Source: Mobula hypostoma (Eukaryota). From it: DNA of 64,000 nucleotides. How positions within the stretch are numbered: the first letter of the stretch is position 1; each line of letters begins with the position of its first letter. Below, in pieces: positions 12,901 to 27,900 of the stretch. A program made the translations under genes and the position numbers. The stretch is taken from positions 111,788,001 to 111,852,000 of the forward strand of contig NC_086108.1 of assembly GCF_963921235.1 (NCBI RefSeq), given 5' to 3'. The notes beneath the pieces are model-generated. The model had not been told where the DNA came from. It searched no databases and saw only the letters and a list, made by a program, of their open reading frames with translations.

Positions 12901-15900
12901 GCTGAGGAGAAATCTGATGGAGGTTTACTAGATCATAGAGTGGACAGAGAGTATCCGTTTCCCAGGGCTGAAATGTCTAATACCAGAGGGCATGCATTGA
13001 AGGTGCGAAGGGGTAGGTTCCAAGGAGATGAGAGGGGCAAGTTTTTTTACTCAGAGAGTGGTGGATGCCTGGAATACACTGCCTGGTGTGGTGGTACAGG
13101 CAAATACACTAGTAACTTTTAAGAGCTGTTTGGATAGGCTCATGGATGTAAGGAAGATGGAGGGATATGGACATGGCATAGGCAGGAGGGATTAGTGTTT
13201 GGGTGTTTTTGATTTGCTCTTTAGCTGGTTCAGCACATTATTGTGGGCCGAATGGCCTGTTCCTGCGCTGTACTGTTCTATATTCTTGACCAGCCTCTGA
13301 TTCAGGACCTTTTCAACGGCTTTGCTAAGATCCATGTAGGTAACATCCACTGGCTTGTCCTTACCAACTTTCCTGGTAAATTCCTTGAAAAATTCTAAGA
13401 TTGATTATGGAGAATGTGCAATTTTCCTAGAGACAGCAGAATGAACTGAACATGGGTTGGTGCTGTAATAGTGTTACGCTCAGTGCTACACTACCATGTG
13501 CATGGTGTCGCTAAACTCTAGCGATTAGAGTTGTGCTGGCAGGTTCAAAAACCAAATGGTTGAATGGAAGTAGCTGTTCCTGAACATGGTGCTGTGGGAT
13601 TTCAGGCCTCTGTACCTCCTGCCCAATGTTGGATGGCGTGGAGCAGATCGTGTGGATCTTTGATGATGAATGTTGCCTTCTTGAGGCAGTGCCTCTGTAG
13701 ATACAACCGACGGTGGGGAGGGATGTGCCTGCGATGTTTATTTTTTATTATTTATTTAGTTATTTGTTTATTTAGAGGTACAGCAGGGAACAAGCGCTTC
13801 AGAACCATAAGCCTTACCACCCAGCAAACCAGCTATTTAACCCTAGTCTAATCACAGGAAAGTTACAATTAGTCTACTAACCGGTACGTCTTTGGAATGT
13901 GGGAGGAAACTCAAGCCCCGGGAGGAGCATGGGTTTATGGAGAGGACATACAAACTACTTACAGTGTTGGAATTGAACTCTGAACTCTGCTGCCCTGATC
14001 TGTAAAAACATCGCACTAATCACTGCGGTATCGTGGCGTCCACGGTTATACCAATATTAATTAATACCAATACAGATATTACCAATGTTGGAGAGTACGT
14101 GCCCGTGATGTTTTGGGCTGAGTACACATTCCATGATTGTCTGACATCTCTCTCTTCCTGCCTCTCCACAGGTGACACTACCTCGGATCGAAGGCAATGG
14201 GGAATACAGCCCGGTACGAATAAGCATGAGAGAGAAATGCACTGACAGGATAAATGGTATGGTTTTGTCTCCCACCTCGCGAGTTCAAAATAAGGTCTGT
14301 GTGTGACAAGGGTATTTTATCTAAAGGAATGTGTTCGTGGGTTCATGACCATTCAGAAATGGTGGAGGGGAAGAAATTGTTTCTGGAATGTAAATCCTCT
14401 CTGTACAAACCATCTCAACCAATTATTATCCTAGCATGCTACTTATCTTATGTTTTCTTCTACTTTTATTGAATTTAGAGATACAGGCCCTTCTGGCCCT
14501 TGGAGCCCCCACCGCCCAATCACACCCATGTCACCAATTAACCGACTGACCGGGACTTCTTTGGTATTGTGGGAGGAATCCGGAGCATCCGGAGAAAACC
14601 CACCATGTCACGGAGATAACATACAAAGCTCAGGAACCAAACCCCGAAGAAGATCCCCGTCAGATTCCCCTTAAATACTTCACCTCTCACCTAAACCTGT
14701 GAGCTCCAGTTCTAGTCTCACCCAGCCTGAGGGGTAAAGACTCCATATACACATCATAGAACTTTACAGCACAGTTCTAACCCTTCCCTTCCAAGTAGCC
14801 CATCTTCTTTCATCCATGTGCCAGTCTAAGAAACTCTTAAATCTCCCTAATCTACCACCACCCCTGGTAGCGTGCCCCACACACCCACCACTCTGTGTGC
14901 CTCTGGCATCCTCCCCATACTGTCTCCTAATTACCTTAAAATTATGTCCCCTTTTATTAGCCATTTCCTGGGGGAAGAGTCTCTGGCTGTCCACTCGAAC
15001 TATGCCTCTGATCATCTTGTACACCTCTATCAAGTCATCTCTCATTCTTCTTCGCTCCAGAGAAAAAAGCCCTAGCTCGCTCAACCTCTCCTCATAAGAC
15101 ACGCTCTCCAATCCAGGCAGCATCCTGGTAAATCTCCTCTGCACCCTCTCTAAAGCTTCCACATCCTTCCTATGATGAGGCGACTAGATCCGAACTCAAT
15201 AGTCCAAGTAAGAGCATTGACCATGTTTTTCTCAAACACAGAGAGGTGATTGCCTGGGAGAGACCACACGGGATGGTGGTAGAAGCAGAGTATTCAGGAA
15301 ATGGAGGGATATGGATTATATGAGTCATAAGAGATTTAGTTTTTCTGTGGCATCGTGTTCGGTACAGACATTGTGGGCTGACGAGTCTGTTCCTGTGCTG
15401 TAATGTTACAATCATAGAGTCATACAGCACAGAAAAAGGCCCTTCAGCCCAACTGATCCATACTGACTCTGTTGCTCAGCAAGCTAATCCCATCTGTCAT
15501 GTTTGGTCCATGGCCATAGTCCACAATACTCCTCAGTTTCTAGCCAAAGATGCACTGAAGAGCTTCATTTGCGCTCTGTCAATACGTGATTGCAAGAAAC
15601 TGCGGAGAATTGTGGACACAGCTCAGCATATCACAGAAACCAGCCTCCCCTCCATGGACTTCTCGCTGCCTCAGTAAAGCACACAGGATAATCAAAGATC
15701 GCACCCACCCCGGACATTCTCTCTTCTCCCCTCTCCCATCAGGCAGAAGATACAAAAGCCTGAAAGCACATACCACCAGGCTGAAGGACTCTTGAATGGA
15801 CCTTTAGTATGAACTCTAGTATGATGCACTCTTGACCTCAGAATCTATCTAGATATGATCTTGCATCTTATTGTCTGTCTGCATTGCTCTTTCCCAGTAA

Positions 15901-18900
15901 CTGCTGCACTTTGTTCTGCATTCTGCTATTGTTTTCCCTTGTTGTGCCTCAGTGCACTCTGTATCAACAGTATGCAAGACGGGCTTTTCACTCTACCTCG
16001 GTACAGGTGACAATAATAAACCATTTCCAATTCCAAAACTATCTGTGGTACTGAGCGATTCCATGTAAATATATTTACTGACTGTATCCAGGAGACGTTC
16101 TGAAATGTCTACAGATCAGGACTTGTCCCAAACCACTGCACAATCAATCCACAGCCAGCTGCAAGACCGAATAACTCCTGTTGTCACAGTGGTGGCAAGT
16201 CGGATTGTGTAGAATTTGGAATTTTGGGTTTTAGCATTTCTCATTCTAAAAACCACATTTTAATCACTTGTGTTTTCAATGAAAATTCTGTGATGTCGAC
16301 AGTGATGGATGGTTGTCCTCCCTATAGAGCAGTCCCAACTACACCTCCTAAAAGACAAAGGGGAAAACGAAGAGTACAGCAGCAAGGACGTTCCTTCAGC
16401 CAGAGATCTGACCACCCTGACAGACATCAACACCTTCCTCTTCATCGGTACCGAGGTAAGTCAATCTGATCTTTGTTGCTATTGGACACAAGTTGGGCCA
16501 AGTAATCATTTTTGTAATAATAATAATCATCATAACTTGTTTATGGAGCACTTTTCATTTAGACACTGTAATTCAAGGTGCTTTACAATGGGGTGAAGGA
16601 TAAACAAGAAAATAAAAGACAAAATGATGTTAGTTAACAGCAAGGTTAAATAAATAGGTTTTAAGCTGGCATTTAAAAGTGTCATGTGAACCTGCATTCC
16701 TTATATTTTAGGTATTGAGCTCCACTGTTTAAAAGTGTAGTCCAAAATAGCTGACCTGCCAATTACCTCCTGAGGGAGGTAGTTTAAACTTAAGAGGCTG
16801 GTGGAAGAAGACCTGAGAGCTCGAGCAGGATTATAAAACAAAAACGATCCCAGTCCCAAACAATTAAAAAGTTCAAAAATAAGTAAGATAACTTTAAAAT
16901 CAATTCTGAAAGCCAATGCAGAGTAGTTAGTACAGGACAGATATGTTTCGTCAGGCAACAAACACAAAATGCTGAAGGAACTCAGCAGGTCGGCAAGCAT
17001 GTACAGACAGTCAACGTTTCAGGCCAAGATTCCCCATCAGAATGGTGGAGACAAAACCATACCGTTTATCCTGTCAGTGCATTTCTCTCTCATGCTTACT
17101 CGTATCGGGCTGTATTCCCCACTGCCTGTAGTGTAACCTGGAGAAGAAAGAAGAGAGACGTCACAAAAAACATGGAATGTGTACTCAGCCCAATACATCA
17201 CGGGCACGTACCTCCCCACTATTAGTAATATCTGTATTAATAATGGTATAACTGCTATGCTACCGTCGGCACCACGATATTGTACTAGTTAACGTGATGC
17301 TATTACAGCTCAGGGTGTCAGAGTTCTAAGTTCAACTCCAATATTGTTTGTAAGAACTTTGTACGTCCTGCTTTCTGCACATTGCACATTGGTGTTTGTC
17401 AGTCCCTGACATTTCATAAGACCATAAGACATGCAAGCAGAATTAGGCCATTTGGCCCATCAAGTCTGCTCCACCATTTGATCATTGCTGATCCATGCCC
17501 CTCCCAACCCCATTCTCCTCCCTTCTCCCCGTATCCTTTCATGCCCTGACTTATCACGAATCTATCAACCTCCACCTTAAATACACCCAATGACCTTGCC
17601 TCCACAGCTGCCTATGGCTAAAGAAATTCCCCCTCATCTCCATTCTAAATGGATGCCCCTCTGTTTTGAGATTGTTGCCCTGGTCTAGACTCCCCAGTAT
17701 AGGAAACATCCTCTCCAAATCCCCTTTATGGAGGCCTTTCAACATTTGATAGGTTTCAATGAGATCTCCAACTCACTTTTTTCTAAATTCCAGTGAATAG
17801 AGGCCCAGAGCAGTCAAACACTCTTTTCATTCAAGGAATCATTCTTTTGAACCTTGTCCAATGTCAGTACATCGTTTCTTAGGTGAGTGGTCCAAAACTG
17901 CTGACAATGTTCCAAGTGCGGTCTGCCCAATGCCTTATGAAGCCTCAGCATTACATCCTAGCTTTTATATTCTAGTCCTCTTGAAATGAATGCTAACATT
18001 GGATTTGTCTTCCCTTCCTCCCCACAGACTCAACCTGCAAGTTAACCTTTGGGGAATCCTACACAAGGACTCCCAAGTCCCTTTGCACTGCAGATTTTTG
18101 AATTTTCCCTCCATTTAGGAAATAGTCTACACTTTTATTCATTCTACCAAAGTGCATGACCTTACATTTCCTGACACTGTATTCCAGCTGTTACCTCTTT
18201 GCCAAATCTGCGTAAGTCCTTCAGCAGCCTCCCTGCTTCCACAATGCTACCTGCCCTTCCACCTACCTTCATATTACTGTATCCTCAAACTTGCTCACAA
18301 AGCCACCAATTCCATCATACAAATCATTGACAAAGAAGTGGTCCCAATATCGAGTCCTGCGGGACGCCGTTCGTCACTGGCAGCCAATCAGAAAATTCTT
18401 CCCACTCTTTGCCTCCTGGCAATCAGCAAATGCTCTATCCATACTAGTATTTTTCCTATAATTCCATGGGCTCTTACCTTGCTAAGCAGCCTCATGTGAG
18501 GCACCTTGTCAAAGTACACAACATCCACTGATTCTCCTTTGCCTATCTTGCTTGTTATTTCCTCAAAGAATTCCAACAAATTTGTCAGACAAGATTTCCC
18601 CTTGAGGAAATCACAGGGCCTTCAGCCTATTTTACCATGTGCCTCGAGTACCCTGAAACCACATCCTTAACAGTGAACTCCTACATCTTCCCAAACACTG
18701 GTCAGGCTAACTGCCCTGCAATTTCCTTTCTACTGTTCCAAGTGCGGTCTGCCTCCTTTCTGCCTCCTACTGTTCTTGAAGTGCAGAGTGTCATTTGCAA
18801 TATTCCAGCCCTCCAGAATCACGCCAGAATCCAGTAATTGTTGAAAGATCAGTATTAATACCTCCACACTCTCTTCAGCTACCTCCTTCAGAGCCCCAGG

Positions 18901-21900
18901 GTGTAGTCCTTCCAGTCCACCTTCAGACCTTTCAGCTTCCCGAGCACCTTTCCCTAGAAATAGCAACTGCCCTCACTTCTGCCCCTTGTCACTCTTGAAC
19001 TTTCAGCATACTGCTCATGTCTTCCGCAGTGAAGACTGACACAAAATACCTGTTCTCTTCATCTGCCATTTCCTTGTCCCCGATTACTGCCTCTTCAGTG
19101 TCATTTTCCAGTGGTCTAATATCTACTTTCACCTCTCTTTTACTTTTCATATGTCTGAAAAAACCTTAGGTATCCTCTTTGATATTATTGGCTAGCTTAC
19201 CTTCATATTTCATTTTGCCCCTCCTTATGGCTTTTTTAGTTGCCTTGTGTTGGTTTTTATAAACTTCCCAAACCTCTTTAACTTCCCACTGATTTTTGCT
19301 CTATTATATGCCCTCACTTATGTTTTTATGTTGATTTCCCTTGTCAGCCACAGTTACACATTCCTTCCTTTCAAAATCTTCTTCTTTGGGACATATCTAT
19401 CCTGTGCCTTCGAAATTCCTCCCAGAAACTCCTGTCTTTGCTGCTCTGTGTAATCCCTGCTAGCGTTCCCTTCCAATCAATTTTGGCTAGCTCCTTTCTC
19501 ATGCTTCTGTAATTTCCATTACTCCACATTTGACTTTAACTTCTCCCTCTCAAATTTCAGGGTGAATTCTATCATATTATGATCACTGTTTCCTTAAGGT
19601 TCCTTTACCTTAAGCTCCCTAATCAAACCCGGTTCATTACACAACACCCAATCCAGAATAGCTGATCCCCTAGTGGTCTCAACCATAAGCTGTTCTAAAA
19701 AGCCATCTCATAGGCTTTCTACAAATTCTCTTTCTTGTGATCCAAAATTAGCACTGACCTGATTTTCCCAATCTACCTGCATATTGAAATCCCCCATGAA
19801 TATTGTAACATCACTCTTTTGAAGTGCATTTTCTATCTTGTGTTGTAATTTGCAGCCCACATCCTGGATAATGTTTGAAGGCCTGTATATAACTCCCATC
19901 GGGGTCTTTTTACCCTTGCAGTTCTTTAACTCTACCCACAACAATTCTACATCTTCCAGTCCTAAGTCACTTCTTTCTAAGGATTTGATTTTATTTTTTA
20001 CCAATAGAGCCATGCCTACCTGCCTGTCCTTTCAATATAATGTATCCTTGGATGTTAAGCTCCCAACTATGATCTTCTTTCAGCCATGATTCAGTGATGC
20101 CCACAACCTCATACCTGACAATCTCTACCTACCCTACAAGATCATCTACCTTATTCCATACACAGTGTGCATTCAAGTATAACGCCTTCAGCCCTGTATT
20201 CATCAGCCTTTTTGATTTTGTCTCTGTTACACTGCAATGCATCCCACTGACTGCAACTTTGCCCCATCAGCTGTCTGTCTTCCTCACAGTCTCACTACAC
20301 ACTGATTCGACTTGTATACAAACTGCTCCATCCTCTGCCCCATCATTCTGGTTCTCATTCCCCTGCCAAATTAATTTAAACCAGGGCACCGTGAGAGGTC
20401 AGTCGGGTTTCTGTGAGAGATCGTGATTGAAAAAAAAATTAGCATAGTTTTTTGAACTTTGTGCAACGCAGGGTGCTAGTGCTCGCAGTGACTGAGCCGC
20501 CCCATCAGCAGTCTCTCTCAGATTAGTGTGGCAGTGTGCAGTAGGACCGTGCTTATTCTCACAGTTTTTGACACGAGATAGGGAAGGCTGTTGATAATTG
20601 GTGAGCGTTGTATTGCATGGAGGGGAACACAGCAGGCTGATCATTGGTGAGTGTTGTATTGCACGGAGGGGAGGAGGGGAGGATGGTAGGCTGATGAGGA
20701 ACGTGAAGTGCGTTTTCTGAGCATTGAATAGGCTTGCCCAACTTGGGCTGTGACATCAGTGTCTCCCTCATGAATTACCTCTCCCAACTTCCCCTTAATC
20801 TCTGCCGACTGACTTATGGGAGCGAAGAAACTCTACTAGTGTAGTAGAAAATTGGAGGGAAATTTTCCATACAAACCCATAGAAACCATAGAAAAACTAC
20901 AGCACAGAAACAGGCCCTTTGGCCCTTCTTGGCTGTGCCGAACCATTTTCTGCCTAGTCCCACTGACCTGCACACGGACCATATCCCTCCATACACCTCC
21001 CATCCATGTATCTGTCCAATTTATTCTTAAATGTTAAAAAAGAACCCGCATTTACCACCTCGTCTGGCAGTTCATTCCATACTCCCACCACTCTCTGTGT
21101 GAAGAAGCCCCCCCTAATGTTCCCTTTAAACTTTTCCCCCCTCACCCTTAACCCATGTCCTCTGGTTTTTTTCTCCCCTTGCCTCAGTGGAAAAAGCCTG
21201 CTTGCATTCACTCTATCTATACCCATCATAATTTTATATACCTCTATCAAATCTCCCCTCATTCTTCTACGCTCCAGGGAATAAAGTCCCAACCTATTCA
21301 ACCTTTCTCTGTAACTGAGTTTCTCAAGTCCCGGCAACATCCTTGTAAACCTTCTCTGCACTCTTTCAAGCTTATTTATATCCTTCCTGTAATTTGGTGA
21401 CCAAAACTGAACACAATACTCCAGATTTGGCCTCACCAATGCCTTATACAACCTCATCATAACATTCCAGCTCTTATACTCCATAATTCCAGCTCTTATA
21501 CTCAACAATTTCATTCTAAAGAAGGAATTTTTACATGCTGTGACTCAGCTGCTGGCCTGCTGCTGGCGGTTGTAAATGTTGTAAAAGGTGGATTGTGTAG
21601 GTTAGAAGTGAATAGTATTGTGAAGTGTTTATATTTTTTGCAGTTTTCTTGTTTAGTTATTTACTACGCCGTTCTTTTTTATATTATATTACCCCCTATT
21701 CCATCGTGCCTAGTCTGTGGCAAATAACTTACATATGCAGCAATGGCTCCAGCAGAATTGAAAAGACACTTAACTACAAATCCCAGCCATTTATTCACTT
21801 CCAATTCATCTGCCAGATCATCCTATTCCTAACCTCACTGGTTTACTTTGAACTTTGACAGATGAATGACAAAAGGGATGATGGTGGCTGATAAGAGGGA

Positions 21901-24900
21901 CCTCTCAAAATCTGTCAGAGACTCATAGAATATTACAGCACAGTAACAGGCCAATCTATTCTGTGCCAAACTATTTAAACTGCCAGCTCCCACTGACCTG
22001 CACCGGGACCGTAGCCCTCCTCACCCCTACCATCCAAACTTCTCTTCAATGTAGAAACCAAGCTCGCATGGACCACTCGTGCTGGCAGCTTGCTCCACAC
22101 CCTAACAACCCTCTGAGTGAAAAAAGTTTCCCCTCATGTTCCACTTAAACTTTCTACCTTTACCCTTAACCCATGACCTCTCGTTGTTGTCCCACCCGAA
22201 CTCAGTGGAAAAAGCTTGCATTTTCCGTAACTACACCCCTCATAATTTTGTATATCTCTGTCAAATCTCCTCTCAATCTTCTACGTTCAAGGGAATAAAG
22301 TTCTAATCCATTCAATCTTTCCTTATAATTCAGGTCCTCAAGACCTGGCAACATCCTTGTAAATTTTCTCTGTACTCTCTCAACCTTATTTACATCTTTC
22401 CTGTAGGTAGGTGACCAAAACTACACACAATACTCTAATTTAGGCCTCACTAACATCTTATACAACTTTAACATAACATCCATCTCCTGTACTCAATAAT
22501 TTGATTTATGAAGGCCAGTGTGCCAAAAGCTCCCTTTACCTGTGACAGCCCTATCTACCTGTGACACCCTTTTCAACAAGTTATCAGACCTGTATTCCCA
22601 GAACCCTTTGTTCTACCACACTTCTCAATGCCCTACCATTCACTGTGTAAGTCCTAACCTTGTTGGTTTTACTGAAGTGCAACACTTTACACTTGTCTGC
22701 ATTAAATTCCATCAGCCATTTTTCAGCCCATGATAGCCTTCCTCACTGCCCACTACACCCCCAATCTTGGTGTCATCTGCAAATTTGGTGATCCAGTTAA
22801 CCACATTCTCATCCAGATAATTGATATAGATGACAAAAACAACGGATGCAGCAGCAATCCCTACTTCAAATTAAATCTATTATCAAAGTTTCAAAAGTTC
22901 ATTTATTATCAAAGTACACAACTCTGAAATTCTTCAGTTCTCTGGGTAGCCATGAAACCAAGAAAGAAAAGAAAGGCAGCATGATCATCAACCCCTAAAT
23001 CACACCTCCCTGCAAAAAATAATTAATAAGAACAGAACAGGCACATCAGCCCCCAAATCCCTCTTCTCACACAGAAGATCGAACAAAACGGCACATTAAC
23101 CCCGATATCACCCACCCTACGCAAAAAAAAAAGAGATTGGGTATGGGTTAAAAAAACACAAAATATAAAAACTATAAGACTGAACAAAAGAGTCTACAGT
23201 CCAAAGTTCACGTCTAAAATGCAGAAGAAACCTGGGCAGCACTCTCTGGGTGAAGTGGCAGGCTCTCCCCTCTCCGGTACGTACAGAGTAAATGATCAAA
23301 AGATAGGCAGCCAGCGCTTACCCTCTGCACTTGCTCTGATGTTTCAGTCTCCCTCATCGCTTTAATCGACGATCAATGGAGCTTTAACTGGTGAAATGGA
23401 GCCAAACATTGTTTGTGCCCCATCCTCAGCCTGCCCACTACGAGGTGCGTGCACGCTGCCTCTGCCACTCAGAATCCTCTCGGAGACTGAAGAGCGCAGT
23501 ACGTATTTGTCACCATATATTTCCTAAAGATTTGTTTGTTTTTGCAGGTATTCACAGGAAAGTAAAGTAATACAGTAAAATTTATGAAAAACTATACATA
23601 AATAAAGACTGACAAACAACCAATGTACAAAAGACAAATTGCAAATAAATAAATAATGCTGAGAACATGAGTTGTAGGGTCCTTGAAAGTGAGTCTGTTG
23701 CTTGTTGAATCAGGTCAGTGTTGGGGTGAGGGAAGTTATCCACATTGGTTCAGGATGGCAGTAGGGTAATACAATCATCAGGTGAAGGATCATACAATGT
23801 CTGCAGTGGTTGTCTGAAACTGTGGAGCTCAGTGTTAATAAGTAATTCACAAAGAGAGAAATGTTCAATGTCCATTCCAAAATCTGATGGCAGAGGGGAA
23901 GAAGCTGTTCCTGAATCACTGAGTGTGTGCCTTCACACTTCTGTACCTCCACAAGACCATATGACATAGGAGCAGAATTAGGCCATTCAGCCCATCAAGT
24001 CTACTCTGCCATTCCATCATGGCTGATCCTGGATCTCACTCAACCCCATACACCTGCCTTCCCGCCATATCCTTTGAAGCCCAGACCGATCAGGCAATGA
24101 TCAGGTTCCGTCTTAAATATACACACAGACTTGGCCTCCACTACAGTCTGTGGCAGAGCATTCCACAGATTTACTACTCCCTGGCTAAAAAAAATTCCTC
24201 CTTACCTCTGTTCTAAATGGGTCACCCCTCAGGTTTGAGGCTGTGCCCTTTAGTTCTGGATACCCCCACGAGAGGGAACATCCTCTCCACATCCACCCTA
24301 TCTAGTCCTTTCTACATTCCTTAGGTTTCAATGAGATTTCCCCCCCCCCCCCACGCCAATTCTTCTAAATTCTGGTGAGTACAGGCCCAAAGCTGCTGGA
24401 TACTCCTCATATGTTAACCCCTTCATTCCCAGAATCATCCTCGTGAACCTCCTGTGGACTCTCTCCAATGATGCCACCTCCTGAGAACAAGGCGTGATCT
24501 GGGTGATGGGGGTCCTTATTGACTGACACAGCCCTTTTGAGGCATCGCTCCTTGAAGCTGTCCTAGATGCCGACTGAGTTTGCATCTCTCTGCAGCTTAT
24601 TTCAATCCTACGCAGTGCCCCCACCCCATACCAGATGGTGATGCACTCCATGGGACATCTGTAGAAATTTGCTACAGTCTTTGGTGACATACCAAATCTC
24701 CTCAAACTCCTAATGAAATATCAGAAGCAACACACACAAAACACTGGAGGAACTCAGCTGGTCAGATAGCATCTATAGAAATGAATAAACATTCCATCTT
24801 TCAGGACTGGAAAGGAAGGGGGAAGTTGCCAGAATAAAAAGGTGTGGGAGGGAGGGAAGGAGGTGATAGGTTGCTGGAAAAGGTCAAGGGCCGGAGAAGA

Positions 24901-27900
24901 AAGAACCTGATAGGAGAGGAGAAGGGCCCATGGGAGAAAGGAGAAAGTAATGGTCAGGTGAGAAGTAAAAGGTCAGAGGGCGGAATCGAGGAGGGGGTTG
25001 CTTACGGAGGTAGAAATCGATATTCATGCTATCAGGTTGGGAGCTACCCAGATGGAATATAAGGTGTTGTTTCTCCACCCTGAGGGTGGCCTCTTTGTGA
25101 CACATGAGGAGGCCATGTATCAACACATTGGAATGGGAATAGGAATTGGAATTAAAGTGCTTGGCTGCCGGGAAGTGCTGCCTCTGGCGGAGAGTGCAGA
25201 GGTGCTGGACAAAACCGTCCCTCAATTTACGATGGATCTCACCAATGTAGAGGAGGCAGCATCAGGAGCACTGGATGTGATAGACAACCCCAGCAGGTTT
25301 GCAGGTGAAGTGTTGTCTCACCTGGAGGGACTATTTGGGCTCCGGAATGGAGGTGAGGGAGGAGGTGAGTGGGCAGGTGGAGCACTTGGGCTGCTTGCAT
25401 GGATAAGTGCCAGGAGAGAGATTAGTGGGGAGGAATGAATGGACTAGGGAATCACGGAGGGAGCGATCCCTGCGGATGTGGAAAGCGGAGGGAGAGAGGT
25501 AAGGATATGTTTAGTGGTGGGATCCCTTTGGAGATGGTGGAAGTTGCGGAGGATAACGTGTTGGATGTGGAGGCTGATGGGGGCGTGGTAGGTAAGGACA
25601 AGAAGTACTCTATGACTATTAAGGCGGCAGGATGATGAAGTGAGCATGAGTGGATGTGAAATGGAAGAGGTGCAGGTGAGGGTGGTGTCTGTAGTAGAGG
25701 GAGGGAAACCCCACTCTCTAAAGAAGGGGAACATCTCTGATGTCCTGCAATGGAAACCGCATCCTGAGAACAGATATGGTGGAGGCGAAGAAGCTGAGAA
25801 AAGGGAATAGCATTTTTACAGGAGAAGGTGTGGGAAGAGGTATAGTTAATACTTTATACTTTATTGTCGCTAAACAATTGATACAAGAACGTACAATCAT
25901 CACAGCCATGCTTGATTCTGTGCTTCCCACTCCCTGGAGTACAAATCGATAGTAAATACTAAAAATTTAAATTATAAATCGTAAATAGAAAATAGAAAAT
26001 GGAAAGTAAGGTAGTGCAAAATGACCGAGAGGCAGGTCCGGATATTTGGAGGGTACAGCCCAGATCCAGGTCAGGATCCGTTCAGCAGTCTTATCACAGT
26101 TGGAAAGAAGCTGTTCCCAAACCTGACCGTATGAGTCTTCAAGCTCCTGAACCTTCACCCAGAGGGAAGAGGGACAAAAAGTGTGTTGGCTGGGTGGGTC
26201 GTGTCCTTGATTATCCTGGCAGCACTCCTCCGACAGCGTGCGGTGTGAAGTGAGTCCAAGGATGGAAGATTGGTTTGTGTGATGTGCTGCGTCATGTTCA
26301 CGATCTTCTGCAGCTTCTTCCGGTCTTGGACAGGACAACTTCCGTACCAGGTTGTGATGCACCCTAGAAGTGTGCTCTCTACTAGTGAGGGTTTTTAGTT
26401 GAGGAAACTGTGGCAATCTGTAGGTTTATAAATAATGTCAGTTGACAGTTTGTCTCCAGAGACGGAGACAGAGAGATTTAGAACTTGTTAGTGATGGACG
26501 AAGTGAATTTAAGGGCAGGCTGGAAGTCAGAGGCAAGGTTGATAAAATTGGTGAACTCAGCATGGATGCATGAAGCAGCACCAATACAGTCATCAGTGGC
26601 ACGGAGGAAGAGTTGGAGAGTGTAACTGGGGTAGGCTTCAAACATACACTGTTCTACATTGCCAGTGAAGAGGCAGGCATAGCTAGGGCCCATGCGAGTG
26701 CCCACGGCTACCCCTCGAGTTTGGAGAAAATGGGAAGAGCAGAAGGAAAAATGGTTCAGGGTGAGGACCAGCTCTGCCAGATGGAGGAGGGTGGTGGTGA
26801 AGGGGGATTGGTTGGTTCTCTTACTAAGAAAGAAGAGGAGGGGTTTGAGTCCTTCCAGATGAGTGATTGAAGTGTATAGGGACTGAATATCCATGGTGAA
26901 GGTGAGGTGGTCAGGGCCAGGGCCAGGGAATTAAAAGTTACTGAGGAGATCGAGGCCATGAGAAGTGTTATGCGTATAGGTGGGAAGCAGGGCCGATTTA
27001 GTGGGGCTGGAGGCCCTGATGGGCCCCTGCCGACACCGTAATGCTGCGGCACCAAGCAAAAAAAGGCAAGAGCAAGAGCAAAGGTTGTACTGGTCTAAAT
27101 ATCAAAGCTGTGGACCAAGACATTGGTTTAGTACAATAGGCTATAAACTTACAGGCCTTAAGAGGGAGGACAGAAAGTAATGCAGATTCTTAGTTTGAAG
27201 GAAAGCATCTAAAGCACTCAAAAATTGACGTGGGCTTAGTTGGCTCAGTAAAGTTATAAGGGAGACGAAGTATGATTGTACCCAATCTTAAATCTTTAGT
27301 TAGCTATTGCTGCACATACCATAGGCCTTAATTCTCAAACAATGCCAAAGCATTTTTATCTAGGTACTTTTCTCAACCGTGTGTTCTGAGGAAGTAAAAT
27401 GGAAATGAGAGACAAAAAGACCAAGAGAGATGGCACTATGGCAAATTAGGAAACTTGACAATACTCCAACAATCTTCTTGAAAAATGAGATCTAGCACAT
27501 ACTAACCTATTGCTGTGCTGTGTGGCATGCAGAGTAAAGACCACTTATTAGAAAACACACTCTGACTTGAGCTGTTTTTGCAGTTCTGTATCTATTCTTC
27601 TGCTGTCAGACGCTAGTGTAACGTAGGTCAGTATCGTTTTCCTGTGGTGTTCGCTATTTTCATGCTCTCCTATGCGCTCAGCGGCATGTTTCCAGTCGCT
27701 AAAGCCAGTTTCGAAGATGGACTGACAGTTACCATCACTGAAGATGCAGCATGCAAAACAAAACACACAGCCGGTGGAAGGGGAGTATAAAGAGCCATTG
27801 CCTTGATATGTACTCACCATTTACGAGCTTGCATTTGAAGTGAAATTTGGAGAAAAAAAACATCTCTGCTGTTTGTATACTCGTTCCGAAGCTTTGATAT

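Noticed and set aside
17063..17137. Exon of an antisense DNAI3 paralog
   Set aside because: 10-nt frameshifting deletion, and no other minus-strand DNAI3-like exons were found.
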